Source: a bacterium
Lineage (GTDB): Bacteria; SM23-31
Reading direction: 5' to 3'
Assembly (NCBI GenBank): GCA_965249485.1
Contig: OZ252239.1
Location: 32,001 to 96,000 of the forward strand
DNA length: 64,000 bases
A program made the translations under genes and the position numbers. Below, one piece after another: positions 22,067 through 32,526 of the stretch. The notes under the pieces were generated by a model. It was not told the DNA's origin. It saw nothing but the letters and a program-made list of their open reading frames with translations, and did no database searches. Position 1 is the stretch's first letter. Every line of letters begins with the position of its first letter.

Positions 22067-22951
22067 ATGATAAACTTAGAATGGCTTAGAACCTTTAGAA
22101 CAGTATACAAAACGGAGTCCCTGACCAAAGCATCGGAACTTCTGATGATGAGTCAGCCTGCCGTAAGCCAGCATATTGCTGCCTTAGAAGCGCATGCGGA
22201 CAAAAAACTATTCATAAGGAAATCCAGTGGTGTCAAACCGACCAACTATGCAAATATACTTAACAACATGATAGCGAACTCCTTCGATGATCTTGAGGAA
22301 GTTGAATCATCGTTCAATAAGGAATCGTTAAAGCACAAAGTCATCATTAATATTGGTATATCTGAACATTTATATCAGGCAGTTCTTTCCGATAAACTAC
22401 AGCACATAGGCGAATTCGTTCACGTAAAATTTGGAACACAGGAGACTCTCATAAAAGAAGTCGAGGAGGGTACACTAATGTTTGCTGTCATTCCTCAGAT
22501 CGTTAAAACCTTTGATACGGTATGTTATCCGCTCTGCAAACAAAAGCTGGTATTAGTCTGTACATCTGATATAAACATAGAGGAATTTCAGCAACTGTAT
22601 AAAGAAAATAAAAAACGTGCGGAAAGATGGTTATCAAAACAGACCTGGTATTCACATCGCCCCATCACACCCTTCATTAAACAATTTTGGCTGGACGTCT
22701 TTGATAAAAAGCGGCCCACCATCGTACCTAAATTCATCATCCCAAACGAGTATGAGGTACTAAACCAACTATCAAAAGGAAGTGGTTTTGCCATTGCTTT
22801 GGACACAAATGTCAGCCAATTTATTAAAGAAGGAAAACTGGTCTCGATCGAAGTCGAACCCATAATAGAAAGAGACCTTGCTTTGCTTGCAAACAAAAAT
22901 ATCACCAACCACCCTTATACCAAAAACATTGTCAAAGTTCTTTCCGCGTAA
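22067..22951 (+). CDS. LysR family transcriptional regulator
   Basis: N-terminal HTH SLTKASELLMMSQPAVSQHIAALE; 294 aa; divergent from the CMD gene. Confidence 0.92.
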   Translation: MINLEWLRTFRTVYKTESLTKASELLMMSQPAVSQHIAALEAHADKKLFIRKSSGVKPTNYANILNNMIANSFDDLEEVESSFNKESLKHKVIINIGISEHLYQAVLSDKLQHIGEFVHVKFGTQETLIKEVEEGTLMFAVIPQIVKTFDTVCYPLCKQKLVLVCTSDINIEEFQQLYKENKKRAERWLSKQTWYSHRPITPFIKQFWLDVFDKKRPTIVPKFIIPNEYEVLNQLSKGSGFAIALDTNVSQFIKEGKLVSIEVEPIIERDLALLANKNITNHPYTKNIVKVLSA

Positions 22952-23146
22952 CGAGACTTTGCCTCAAGAGTTAAGCCTGATATTGTACTCATACAGTGAT
23001 TGCTATAATAGGTTCATACATTGCATACTACCGGGAAGTAGAAAACATTTGTAAAAGCCAAATGCAAATCTTATTATACTAATACAAAAGTTTCCGAATT
23101 GCTCGGAAAACTCACACATGGTAATATTCAAAAGAAGGAATTTGCT

Positions 23147-24598
23147 ATGAAAGTACAACGATTAATGTGGTCGATTTCTTTATCATTACTCCTTGTGACC
23201 GTTAGCATCACGTTTGCTCAGGTACCTGAAGCAGGCTCAGGAAGAGATGCGGCTAATTTTATCCCGATGCGGGAACGTGTCCAGATCATGCAAAAGATTT
23301 GGGACTGGAAAAGGGAGAACGTACTTCCGATGATAATGCGTGAACAAGGGGTGGATATGTGGATCATTCGTAATGATGAAGAACCGCTTTACCGGCAGAC
23401 CTCGTATAGGGAACATCCTGTTTATAATTCATTACTTCCGGCAAACCATGAGGGACAGGTATATCCGAGTAAATATAAAGGTAAACTATCCGGATTGCCC
23501 GAATTTCTCCTTTTTTACGATACGGGGAGTGACATCGAATATGTTGAACCGGAGAATTATGATCATATAACGCAACTGGTACGGGAACGGGATCCTAAAA
23601 AGATCGCTATCAGTAAAAAGAACCTCTATATTCGACGACGAAATTTTGGCGACACATCACAATTAACAATAGTAACGGGTGATGAAATGCCGCGTGCTCT
23701 GGGAAATAGATATGTTTCCCGCACTATTGATTCGAGGGATCTTAGTATACTCTGGCTTTCTATTATGAGTCCCGAGCAGATAGGTATGTACCGCTATGTG
23801 CAGGGAGTCCAAAATGATGTTATTGCGGAAGCCTTCTCAAACAAGGTGATCATACCCAATCTGACAACAACCGATGACGTAAATTGGTGGATCCGGCATA
23901 AATATCTTGATCTTCATTTAGAAATAGATAACAATCCCGGTGTAGACATCTGGAGAAGACCTACGAAAATTGCCGAATATAAAGAATCCTCCGAACTTTT
24001 TAGGGGTGGTTTGGCAGGCGACGGAAGAACCAACGGCGAGAATCTCATTATCAGACGTGGTGACATCGTCACATTAGACTCCGATATCATGCTGCTCGGC
24101 GTGGAAACCGACTCGCACCAGCATGCGTACGTCCTCCTGGAAGGCGAAACTGATGTTCCGAAAGAATTGAAAGAACTGCTTCGGATTACAAATGATATTC
24201 AGGATGAATACAGGAAAGAATTCATACTGGGTCGTACTGCACAGGAAATCCGCGAAGCCGGTAATAAAATTCCGCACCATCCCAGTATCATCGAATCCAG
24301 CCTCTCGTTTCATCCTCCGCCAATGTTTGTCAGACGGTTTACTGCCAACGATTTGCAATTTTCCCGGGGAACCTATGTTGCGGGAATGGGCAGTGGGTAC
24401 AAACAACATCCGCTTCTATCTCTCGTTATCAAACTCCATTATAATATGATCTTTGCGTATGAACCGCATACCAGCATTGCTGTTCCGGGATGGAGTGAAC
24501 GAGGTATAGATGTAGGAATCGGTCAATTAGCAGCATTTACTGAACACGGATTAGAGTATCTCAATAGACCGATGCTCAAGTGGCATATCGTTAAATAA
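23147..24598 (+). CDS. Secreted M24-family peptidase-like protein
   Basis: MREQGVDMWI, RERDP, RRGDIVTLD..ETD..FHP..AYE; last Glu appears replaced. Confidence 0.82.
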   Translation: MKVQRLMWSISLSLLLVTVSITFAQVPEAGSGRDAANFIPMRERVQIMQKIWDWKRENVLPMIMREQGVDMWIIRNDEEPLYRQTSYREHPVYNSLLPANHEGQVYPSKYKGKLSGLPEFLLFYDTGSDIEYVEPENYDHITQLVRERDPKKIAISKKNLYIRRRNFGDTSQLTIVTGDEMPRALGNRYVSRTIDSRDLSILWLSIMSPEQIGMYRYVQGVQNDVIAEAFSNKVIIPNLTTTDDVNWWIRHKYLDLHLEIDNNPGVDIWRRPTKIAEYKESSELFRGGLAGDGRTNGENLIIRRGDIVTLDSDIMLLGVETDSHQHAYVLLEGETDVPKELKELLRITNDIQDEYRKEFILGRTAQEIREAGNKIPHHPSIIESSLSFHPPPMFVRRFTANDLQFSRGTYVAGMGSGYKQHPLLSLVIKLHYNMIFAYEPHTSIAVPGWSERGIDVGIGQLAAFTEHGLEYLNRPMLKWHIVK

Positions 24599-24736
24599 GT
24601 ATGTACCATGAGATCAGAATAATCAAATAAAAAGTTTTGATTATTTTAATTAGATATTGTTCTAACATTATATAGTGCATTGATCTGGCAGGACTTAATC
24701 TGATTTTACTAAATCTTTTAGGATTAAAAGGAAAAT

Positions 24737-25312
24737 ATGGGATATTTTGATGACATCAATAATGTGCGAGAATACATTAAAATGGTGGAAGGACTTGACG
24801 GTGCGGACCTAGTTGAAGTGTTGAAGAAGTTTGTAGAAAAAGACTCGACAGTATTAGAACTTGGAATGGGGCCGGGAAAAGATCTTGATTTACTGAGTAA
24901 ATCATACATCACAACCGGTTCTGATAGTTCTAAGGTGTTTCTTGAATTATATCGATCAATAAATCCGGATGCTGATCTTTTGCTCTTAGATGCTGTAATG
25001 ATGGATACAGATAGGAAATTCGATTGCATTTATTCAAATAAAGTTCTACACCATCTTACTACAAATGATCTCAGAATTTCGTTTCAAAACCAATATAAGA
25101 GATTGAATGAGAGTGGTATATTATTCCACGCTTTTTGGTATGGGGATAAAGAAGAACAGCATCATGGCTTGAGGTTTGTCTATTATACAGAAGAAACTGT
25201 TGTTGATCTGTTAGACGATAAATTTGAACTGCTTGAATTGAATCAATATAAAGAAGATGAAGAGAATGATTCCTTCTACATAATATTAAAAAAAAGTAAA
25301 TCTCAAAGCTAA
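24737..25312 (+). CDS. Class I SAM-dependent methyltransferase
   Basis: VLELGMGPG, FDCIYSNKVLHH. Confidence 0.9.
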   Translation: MGYFDDINNVREYIKMVEGLDGADLVEVLKKFVEKDSTVLELGMGPGKDLDLLSKSYITTGSDSSKVFLELYRSINPDADLLLLDAVMMDTDRKFDCIYSNKVLHHLTTNDLRISFQNQYKRLNESGILFHAFWYGDKEEQHHGLRFVYYTEETVVDLLDDKFELLELNQYKEDEENDSFYIILKKSKSQS

Positions 25313-25521
25313 CTCAAATAATACCCATTGATTGTGTGTATATTCAATAAATAGGGCTCATCGGCCAGCAAGGGAGTTTGACTCACCGGATTGTGAAAGT
25401 TGGAATGTTTAAAAAAGTTGATTTCTCGGATTCCTTTGTTGGGCAAAAAAATGGATTTAATTATTGCAATTTTTCCTAACCAGCTTCTACTAATTTTTTC
25501 TTGAGATGAGTAATGACATTG

Positions 25522-26610
25522 CTACTTATTAATTTTAATTATTGCATTTGCTCGTTCTTCTAGCTTATTTACCTGCTCTTCTTTCTCAGTCTCTCTGTAT
25601 AACAGTGCCATATTTTGCAGAACTACAGCTACAGTTAAATGATTTGTACCTAAGGCTTTTTCGTATATATCCAGTGCTTGAATAAAAATTGGCTCGGCTT
25701 TGGTGTACTTTTCCTGTATGTAATACAGTGATGCCAGACTGTTCAAGATTTTTGCCATGTTGGGTTCAATTGAATCGGTATCTTTTTCATATATTTCCAG
25801 TGCTTGAATAAAATACGGCTCAGCCTCGGCGTACTTTTCCTGTATATAATACAGTGATGCCAGACTGTTCAGAGTACGTCCAACATCAGAATGGTTCGGT
25901 CCACTGGCATTTTCTCTTATGGCCAATACTCGTTTGAAAAGAGGTTCAGCTTCGGCGTACCTGCCCTGGTCTTTATACAACAATGCCAAATTATTCAGGG
26001 TACTTGCAACATCAGGATGATCCGGTCCACTGTCCTTTTCTCTTATGGCAAGTGCCTGCACGTACAGCGGCTCAGCTTCGTCATACCTGTTCTGAGAATT
26101 ATAAAGTGCTGCCAATCTATAGATGGTTCTTACCATATCAGGATGTTCTGTCCCTAAGGCTCTTTTGTATAGAACCAGTGCCTGATTTAAAAGAGGTTCA
26201 GCTTCTGTATACCTTCCCTGGGAAGTATATATTGCTGCCAGATTTATCAGGGGATTCACCTTGGTGAAAACATCCAAACCTCGTGTCCTTTCACTTAAGG
26301 AAATTGCCCGTATGAGTAACGGTTCGGCTTTGGCATTCATGTCCTGGGCTCTATACATCTCTGCAAGATTGTTCAGGAGGATCACCATGGTGGAATGGGT
26401 TCGACCAAATGTTTTTTCGGCTAATTCTAAAGCCCTTATAGCCACATCCTCTGCTTCAGAGTATTTATCTTGCCGGGAAAGTTCCTCTAACTCATCGATA
26501 AGTATAATGAGCTCCTGCGTTACTTCTTGTTTTGAGGGTTTAAATACAGCACAACCGGCAAGAATGAGAATCAAACATACCACAATAATCCGGTTAAATT
26601 TATATATCAT
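25522..26610 (-). CDS. TPR-repeat lipoprotein (42-aa kinesin-light-chain-type repeats)
   Basis: Lipobox LAGC; repeated LNNLA.LY..QGRY.EAEPL. Confidence 0.9.
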   Translation of the reverse strand: MIYKFNRIIVVCLILILAGCAVFKPSKQEVTQELIILIDELEELSRQDKYSEAEDVAIRALELAEKTFGRTHSTMVILLNNLAEMYRAQDMNAKAEPLLIRAISLSERTRGLDVFTKVNPLINLAAIYTSQGRYTEAEPLLNQALVLYKRALGTEHPDMVRTIYRLAALYNSQNRYDEAEPLYVQALAIREKDSGPDHPDVASTLNNLALLYKDQGRYAEAEPLFKRVLAIRENASGPNHSDVGRTLNSLASLYYIQEKYAEAEPYFIQALEIYEKDTDSIEPNMAKILNSLASLYYIQEKYTKAEPIFIQALDIYEKALGTNHLTVAVVLQNMALLYRETEKEEQVNKLEERANAIIKINK

Positions 26611-26832
26611 TGGAGTATCTTTCTAATAGTGTTAATCAATATACAATGTCTTACAATTATACATACATGCTAAAAAATTACGGGATTATCTTAAATATGC
26701 AAGAACTTTCTTTAGCAATATCACTAAATCAAATAAAATGAACCATAGTGAGAATTATCTAATATGCAATTTAGATAACTGTCGACCGTAATACAATTAA
26801 AGAATCCCGAATTAATGATTGATTTTAATTCA

Positions 26833-26859
26833 TTCCTCGGGCCGTACGATGCGCGAACC
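26833..26859 (+). repeat. 27-bp intergenic core repeat
   Basis: TTCCTCGGGCCGTACGATGCGCGAACC. Confidence 0.85.
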
Positions 26860-26906
26860 TTTTAAGTATAATTGGTTTGCAGAATTTAAGAGATATTGTG
26901 TGGATT

Positions 26907-26927
26907 CTGCAGGACTCGAATCTGCGG
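26907..26927 (-). other. tRNA T-arm remnant
   Basis: CTGCAGGACTCGAATCTGCGG, identical to 35756..35776. Confidence 0.65.
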
Positions 26928-27093
26928 CTCCAGACAGAACAGTATATTGAATTGAAAAGGATGACATTTATCAAGTAATCAATTTCTGGTTCCTGGATTT
27001 GCTGAGATCAGGGATATACTTTTTTATACTTCAGACGGGTCCCAGTTTTAGGGGCATTCAGATTCACACGGTTGCAGAAAGTTTGTGCTCTTC

Positions 27094-27714
27094 TCATTTT
27101 TGAGGGCAGCAATCCGTGGTTTCAGCCTCTAATTGTCGGATCCGCGTTCTCAGCGATTCTACCGTTTCGCCGATTTCTTCTTCGGTGAACCGTGGTTTTA
27201 TGTGTTGGGGACAGTTCTGATCCCATGCATACACATGGAAGAGGAATACTCGCTCCGGCACACTGCCGTATTCGGGATCGTTCAGTTTCTCCAGTAATTC
27301 GGGATCATCTTCTACGAGCTCCGCTCTTCCCCAGATCTTGATACGACGACGGTTCGCAAAATCCATCAGAAAGATAAAAGATTTTTCATTGTCCTGCAGA
27401 TTCCCAACGGAAATATATTGCTGATTTCCACGAAAATCGACAAACCCAAGTGTCTGTTCATCCAGTACCTTGAGAAATCCCGGTGGACCGCCGCGGTGTT
27501 GGATATAGGGTTGGCCGTCGCCATTGGCGGTCGCCAGGAAAAAAGTGTCTCGCTCCGCTATAAAATCCGCCAACTCCGGCGTGATTGTGTTGCTCCATCC
27601 TCCTCGCTGCTCCATACCACGGTAGATTTGCCGTGATCCGAGACGTTCCTGCACGGCTTTGACTGTATCGGTAAAGGCGATGTCACTGATCGGTCGTTTC
27701 ATGGCTCTTTTCAC
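27094..27714 (-). CDS. Pyridoxamine 5'-phosphate oxidase-like FMN-binding protein
   Basis: PYIQHRGGPPGFLKVLD, DFRGNQQYISVGNL, WDQNCPQHI. Confidence 0.9.
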   Translation of the reverse strand: MKRAMKRPISDIAFTDTVKAVQERLGSRQIYRGMEQRGGWSNTITPELADFIAERDTFFLATANGDGQPYIQHRGGPPGFLKVLDEQTLGFVDFRGNQQYISVGNLQDNEKSFIFLMDFANRRRIKIWGRAELVEDDPELLEKLNDPEYGSVPERVFLFHVYAWDQNCPQHIKPRFTEEEIGETVESLRTRIRQLEAETTDCCPQK

Positions 27715-27958
27715 CTCTCTTGTGTGGCCACCGGACGCAGCATGAAATAAAATGCCAGTACGGGAAAATTTTGAAAACTTGTAATCACGTATTAAAAACT
27801 TTATGGGTACTGAGGGTAAATTCTCAAGTTAGTTACTCAACCAACTCTATGAAAAAATTCTTTTGGAAAAATAACCATATGAATATAACAATTCAATAAA
27901 TAAGTAAAATATTAAATAACCCTGAGTTAAATAATTGAGAGTGAAAATTTGAGGATGG

Positions 27959-29173
27959 CTAATTATCTGAAGGTCTGTAATCAAAGGGTAATAGTTCTGC
28001 TATCCTATCGAATGTCCAATACCCATACTGCCTGACAAAATAGGGATCTTCTGATATTCCGTACGTGTTAAACGCAGTATTCGTAGAACTAATCCGAATC
28101 CATGATACCTGGTTTATTTCTTGTTGTTCGTCTAAAACAATACTTCCTCCACTACCTGCACTACCGAGACCGCTCATTGGTGTAATAGCAATTCGCTGCT
28201 TATCTCTTTGATACTGATTTATATATCTGTTATCAGCTCGTTCATTTCTATATTCAACCTGTAGATAATCTTCAAACTTTAGTTCTTTCAAATATTTAAC
28301 ACCGGTTGATTCAACAAGTGTATTTGGATAAACAAATCTCACATCCAATGATGATATTACTCTTTTGCCCATATCGTCAGATGGTAATTTTTTTAATTGA
28401 TGCATTAAAAAACCTTCTCCATCTGAAGTTTGTGCATACAAACTTGCCAGAAAGTGCCGTAATGAACCCCGGTATGATTTTAGCCTGTTTTCTCGCCATA
28501 ATTCCATTTCCTGGTCATCGCTCGGTATCATTTCTACAAATTGAGGTTCCCCTGAAAATTGCAGCATATCATTATGTTTGATAAACTGCACAAGTAAATA
28601 ATTTATGTGGTACCCGAGTGAATTATTCACAATTTTAAGTAATCCTGATGCCTGTGCTGTATAGCCACCTGCATCTTTATTAAAAGTTAGTACTTCAGGA
28701 TTGATTACCTCGCAGTGTGAAGCATTATTGGAGATCCCTATAAAGTCCTCTATAAATTTTTTGTAATTTTTTTCCCATTCTCTTAGATCCGTCGCCGATA
28801 CGACAACCTCTCCGGAATCATATATAACTTCTTTCATTCTTACCGATGCGACTCTCAATAGTGGTTTCGATAACTGTATATCCTTCCTCTGAGGAGAATG
28901 CGTTACGTGTGAAACGACGAGGACATATCTTCCAAAGGGAACATTTCTAATCGTATACAGTCCATTTTCATTGGTTGCTGATCCTAACGTTGTATTGGAC
29001 AACCAAACATTGACAAATTGCAGGGGTTCACCGGTATCGGACTCTCTAACGAGTCCCGTAATATCGCCGGTAGGCACTTCCTGAGCAATCAACAAATTTC
29101 CAGACGTAAGAATAATAATAATAACAGATATTGCATACCAACTAATCTTTAATCTCATTATAATCAGATTCAT
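27959..29173 (-). CDS. Secreted protein with carboxypeptidase-regulatory-like N-terminal domain
   Basis: ITGLVRESDTGEPLQFVNV..TTLGSATNENGLY; C-terminal RIAELLPFDY. Confidence 0.8.
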   Translation of the reverse strand: MNLIIMRLKISWYAISVIIIILTSGNLLIAQEVPTGDITGLVRESDTGEPLQFVNVWLSNTTLGSATNENGLYTIRNVPFGRYVLVVSHVTHSPQRKDIQLSKPLLRVASVRMKEVIYDSGEVVVSATDLREWEKNYKKFIEDFIGISNNASHCEVINPEVLTFNKDAGGYTAQASGLLKIVNNSLGYHINYLLVQFIKHNDMLQFSGEPQFVEMIPSDDQEMELWRENRLKSYRGSLRHFLASLYAQTSDGEGFLMHQLKKLPSDDMGKRVISSLDVRFVYPNTLVESTGVKYLKELKFEDYLQVEYRNERADNRYINQYQRDKQRIAITPMSGLGSAGSGGSIVLDEQQEINQVSWIRISSTNTAFNTYGISEDPYFVRQYGYWTFDRIAELLPFDYRPSDN

Positions 29174-29686
29174 GTGTCCCTCCTATGAGAAAGGATATCC
29201 GAAATTCCTCATACCAATTCTTTGGAAAAGTTTGACTATGAGCCCTCTTACGTATCCGTATGCTGTCAAAGCGGCATGTCCCCTCATTAATACTATTTTC
29301 AGATAGTTTTTATTCCATTAATGGATTATTTTCAAGTTATTAAACAAAGAAAGATGAGCCTTGAATTTTCAATTAGAAAGAATAAAATATTAAAAAATTG
29401 ATTGAGCTTTGAGTTATGTGCTTGAGAGTGAAAATTGAAGGATGTTTAATTGTTTTTTAGGGTGATTTTTTATGGAGCATGTGTCACGTTTTGCGAACCT
29501 TTTCTATTGATGTTTTACGTTCCTGACGAATGGTAAATATGCGTACCCTTCCATTATAATCTTTATGCGCCGATTGCACTGTTACTGAGGTATCTTCCAC
29601 TTTTGGCCAAGGTATTGGAAATACGATCGGCTTGACATTCTTTTATATATTATCTATATAGAACCATTATAGAAAGTGAAGGTGTC

Positions 29687-30097
29687 ATGAAGATTAAACC
29701 TTTCATACTGGGAGCTCTGGCATATATCCTTCTCACATTTCCCCTTGCAGTAGTCTGGCATGTGCTGCTATTCAAATCTATGTACGTGTCGCTTGGCTAT
29801 TTCTGAGATGAACCAAGTTTCGTGCTCGGTTTTATTGCGATAGTGACACAGGGTATACTCTTATCGTATGGATATCAGATTTTTTACCGGGGCGGGAAGC
29901 AGTGGCTGCAAGGATTGAAATATGGAGCTTTTACCGGATTGTTCCTTTGGTCCACTCATGTGGTTGCGTTTGCAGCAAAACAGGCTATAAGTTCACTGAT
30001 CTTATTTTTTATTATAGAGTCGGTGTACCTCAGCGTGCAGTTTGCCTTATTTGGAATAGTGATGGGCCTGATTTATAGCCGTAGTATATCTAGCTGA
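29687..30097 (+). pseudogene. Four-TM membrane protein with in-frame TGA at 29804
   Basis: ATG 29687 MKIKPFILGALAYILLTFPLAVVWH... is in frame with ORF 29822..30097 across one TGA. Confidence 0.7.
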
Positions 30098-30196
30098 TGG
30101 AATAAGTGACTTATATATCTTTAAACGGTATCGGTATCTTAAATGGATCCCGTAATATCTCTATCGGTATTTTGAAAGTCATTTATTTCTTATTCT

Positions 30197-30535
30197 TTAT
30201 TTTGTTATATGCTTGATACTCATTGTAATATAATAACGCAAGACTTTCAAATCATCAGTAATTGCCTTAGGTAATACAACATAATCCTTCTTGATTGGAG
30301 CATTAGAAAAATAGCGAAGTTTCTCTGCTTTTTCTTCTTTCAGGAGTTTTTCTCTATTTTTTTCCGGAAGTTTTATTGCAAAACCAGCAGGAGTTAGAGT
30401 GGCGCAAATCTTTCCATTAACATATAACGCTGCTCCACTAAAGAAATGCTTGCACTCTAAATTAACATTTTTAAGTTGGTTTGGCACTGCCTTTTTTTTT
30501 GATTCAGATAACATTTCTAAATATTCTTGTGCCAT
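30197..30535 (-). CDS. TfoX/Sxy N-terminal-like protein
   Basis: CKHFFSGAALYVNGKI..FAIKL..PIKKDYV. Confidence 0.75.
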   Translation of the reverse strand: MAQEYLEMLSESKKKAVPNQLKNVNLECKHFFSGAALYVNGKICATLTPAGFAIKLPEKNREKLLKEEKAEKLRYFSNAPIKKDYVVLPKAITDDLKVLRYYITMSIKHITK

Positions 30536-30563
30536 TAATATTTATCAGGATTCTTTTTATATG

Positions 30564-32252
30564 TTAATAATTCCTGATTATTTTAAATACATATGCATGT
30601 TCACTTGTCGGCTTTGTATCGGGAGAATGTATCGTGAGACCTTCTTCCGTCAACGACCAGTCTAGTTCTTGATCACTGCCGAGCATTGTTATAGTATTAA
30701 TTTCCGATTGATATAATGATGGAAACACATCGAGCATATTTAGAGAAGTAATCTTCACCTGTTCTCCCGGCCATTCCAAACATATTGCATAGAGAACATT
30801 ATTTTTTGCTGTGAACCGTATATCTTCTCCTGTATACTGAAGTTGTCCCCCTTCTTCACTAAAATGTCCGCCTTCTGACATCGTTGTGGGGCCTTCTCCA
30901 TAAATTGACCAGGGTGTAGTTCCATAAATCGCTTCGCCGTTGACCTTCAACCACGCTCCAATACCCAGTAGGCGGTCTTTGGCTTCTTCTGGAATTGTAC
31001 CGTCCGGTTTGGGACCAACGTTAAGTAAAAGATATCCGTTCTTGCTGACTCTGTCGATCAAATTATCCACTAGTTGGTTCACCGATTTATAACCCACATT
31101 CTGAACATACGCCCATGATCCTTGTTCATCTACGGATGTATCAGTCAGCCACCCATGATAGGTAAGTTGATCCATTGTTCCCATTTCAAGATCTGTAACA
31201 CCGACTACCGGAGGAAAATCATAATTTTTATACGTTACTTCAACTTCTTTATCCCATTCCATTGCCTTATTAAAATAGTCAGCAAGGAATTCAAGCCGAT
31301 AATTCTCTCTGATTCCCTCTAATGCAAAATCAAACCATATTAAGTCCGGTTGGTATTTGTCCACAACCTCTGTAAGTTTATTTTTCCATTGCTCGAGAAA
31401 TTCTTTGTTCGGTTCGTCTTGTTCTTCCCATTGTACAGTCATATTTACGCCTGGTTTCTCTTCCAGATTATGCAATGAACCATATAAACCTGAGTATTGT
31501 GGATCTGATGTATCATATTCTTTCTTCCAATGAGGATAAAACCACCAGTTCATAGAGTGGTGAAATGCCGTTACAAACTTCATTTCTCGTTTTTTGATCG
31601 CCACCTCCAGTTCTCCAACAATGTCTCTTTTTGGACCCATCTCCATAGCATCCCATTTTGTCAGGTCGCTGTCCCACATTGAAAAGCCGTCATGGTGTTC
31701 AGCAACAGGACCGGCAAATTGAGCACCTGCCTCTTTGAAGAGTTCTGCCCACTCATCAGCATCGAATTTTTCCGCCGTGAACATTGGAATAAAGTCTTTA
31801 TAGCCAAATTCCTCTGGAGGACCATAGGTTTTTACGTGGTAGTCGTACTGGGCAGTACCCTCCCGATACATATTAAAAGGATACCATGTGCCATCCCGAC
31901 CGGTACGTAATGTAATGAGGCTTTCTATAACTTCCAGTCTCTCTTCGTCTGAATCAAACATTGTTTTCGAACTTTTCACCTGCTTGAGAGAAATCCCCTT
32001 ATATGGATGTGGTGGATCATCTTTATTTACGACACGAGCAAATGCGGGTACAGACCAAACTCCCCAATGCGTATAAATTCCAAATTTGGCATCCTTGAGC
32101 CATTCTGGTGTGGAATGGTTTTTAAGTGAATTCCAAGTGGGCTTATAGGGTTCTTCACTACTAGAGTTTTTTGTGCATGAAGTAAAGTTGCTCAGTATCA
32201 TGATCCCCATAATGAGCACTCCTATGAGTAAAAATTTAGACGTGTTAAACAT
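30564..32252 (-). CDS. Alpha-L-fucosidase (GH29), probable lipoprotein
   Basis: DAKFGIYTHWG, AEHHDGF, LIWFD, VSKNGYLLLNVGP. Confidence 0.93.
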   Translation of the reverse strand: MFNTSKFLLIGVLIMGIMILSNFTSCTKNSSSEEPYKPTWNSLKNHSTPEWLKDAKFGIYTHWGVWSVPAFARVVNKDDPPHPYKGISLKQVKSSKTMFDSDEERLEVIESLITLRTGRDGTWYPFNMYREGTAQYDYHVKTYGPPEEFGYKDFIPMFTAEKFDADEWAELFKEAGAQFAGPVAEHHDGFSMWDSDLTKWDAMEMGPKRDIVGELEVAIKKREMKFVTAFHHSMNWWFYPHWKKEYDTSDPQYSGLYGSLHNLEEKPGVNMTVQWEEQDEPNKEFLEQWKNKLTEVVDKYQPDLIWFDFALEGIRENYRLEFLADYFNKAMEWDKEVEVTYKNYDFPPVVGVTDLEMGTMDQLTYHGWLTDTSVDEQGSWAYVQNVGYKSVNQLVDNLIDRVSKNGYLLLNVGPKPDGTIPEEAKDRLLGIGAWLKVNGEAIYGTTPWSIYGEGPTTMSEGGHFSEEGGQLQYTGEDIRFTAKNNVLYAICLEWPGEQVKITSLNMLDVFPSLYQSEINTITMLGSDQELDWSLTEEGLTIHSPDTKPTSEHAYVFKIIRNY

Positions 32253-32526
32253 GATTTCTCCTGATGAGTTTGAGTTATTAACTGATAATTCCCACATCAA
32301 TTCTCTAAAAGAAAATTAATTGGGATTTTGTTGAACTATGATGCCAAGTTAACAAATGAACCTTTCAATCACAAACAAGTAATGTCTTTTGAGGAATCAA
32401 CATAGCATCATTGTACCACCATGCCAAATCCATGCTGGCAAGAATTGGTACGAATTATAGTTATAATATTTATTCGAGATAAATCAAATAGTATGTAACT
32501 CCTCTGGTTGTACAAATTGTAGACTG

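Noticed and set aside
25305..25385. Classical attC site after the methyltransferase (GCTAAC at the stop, GTTTGAC downstream)
   Set aside because: No convincing internal palindrome or L boxes, not repeated at other genes, and no intI.
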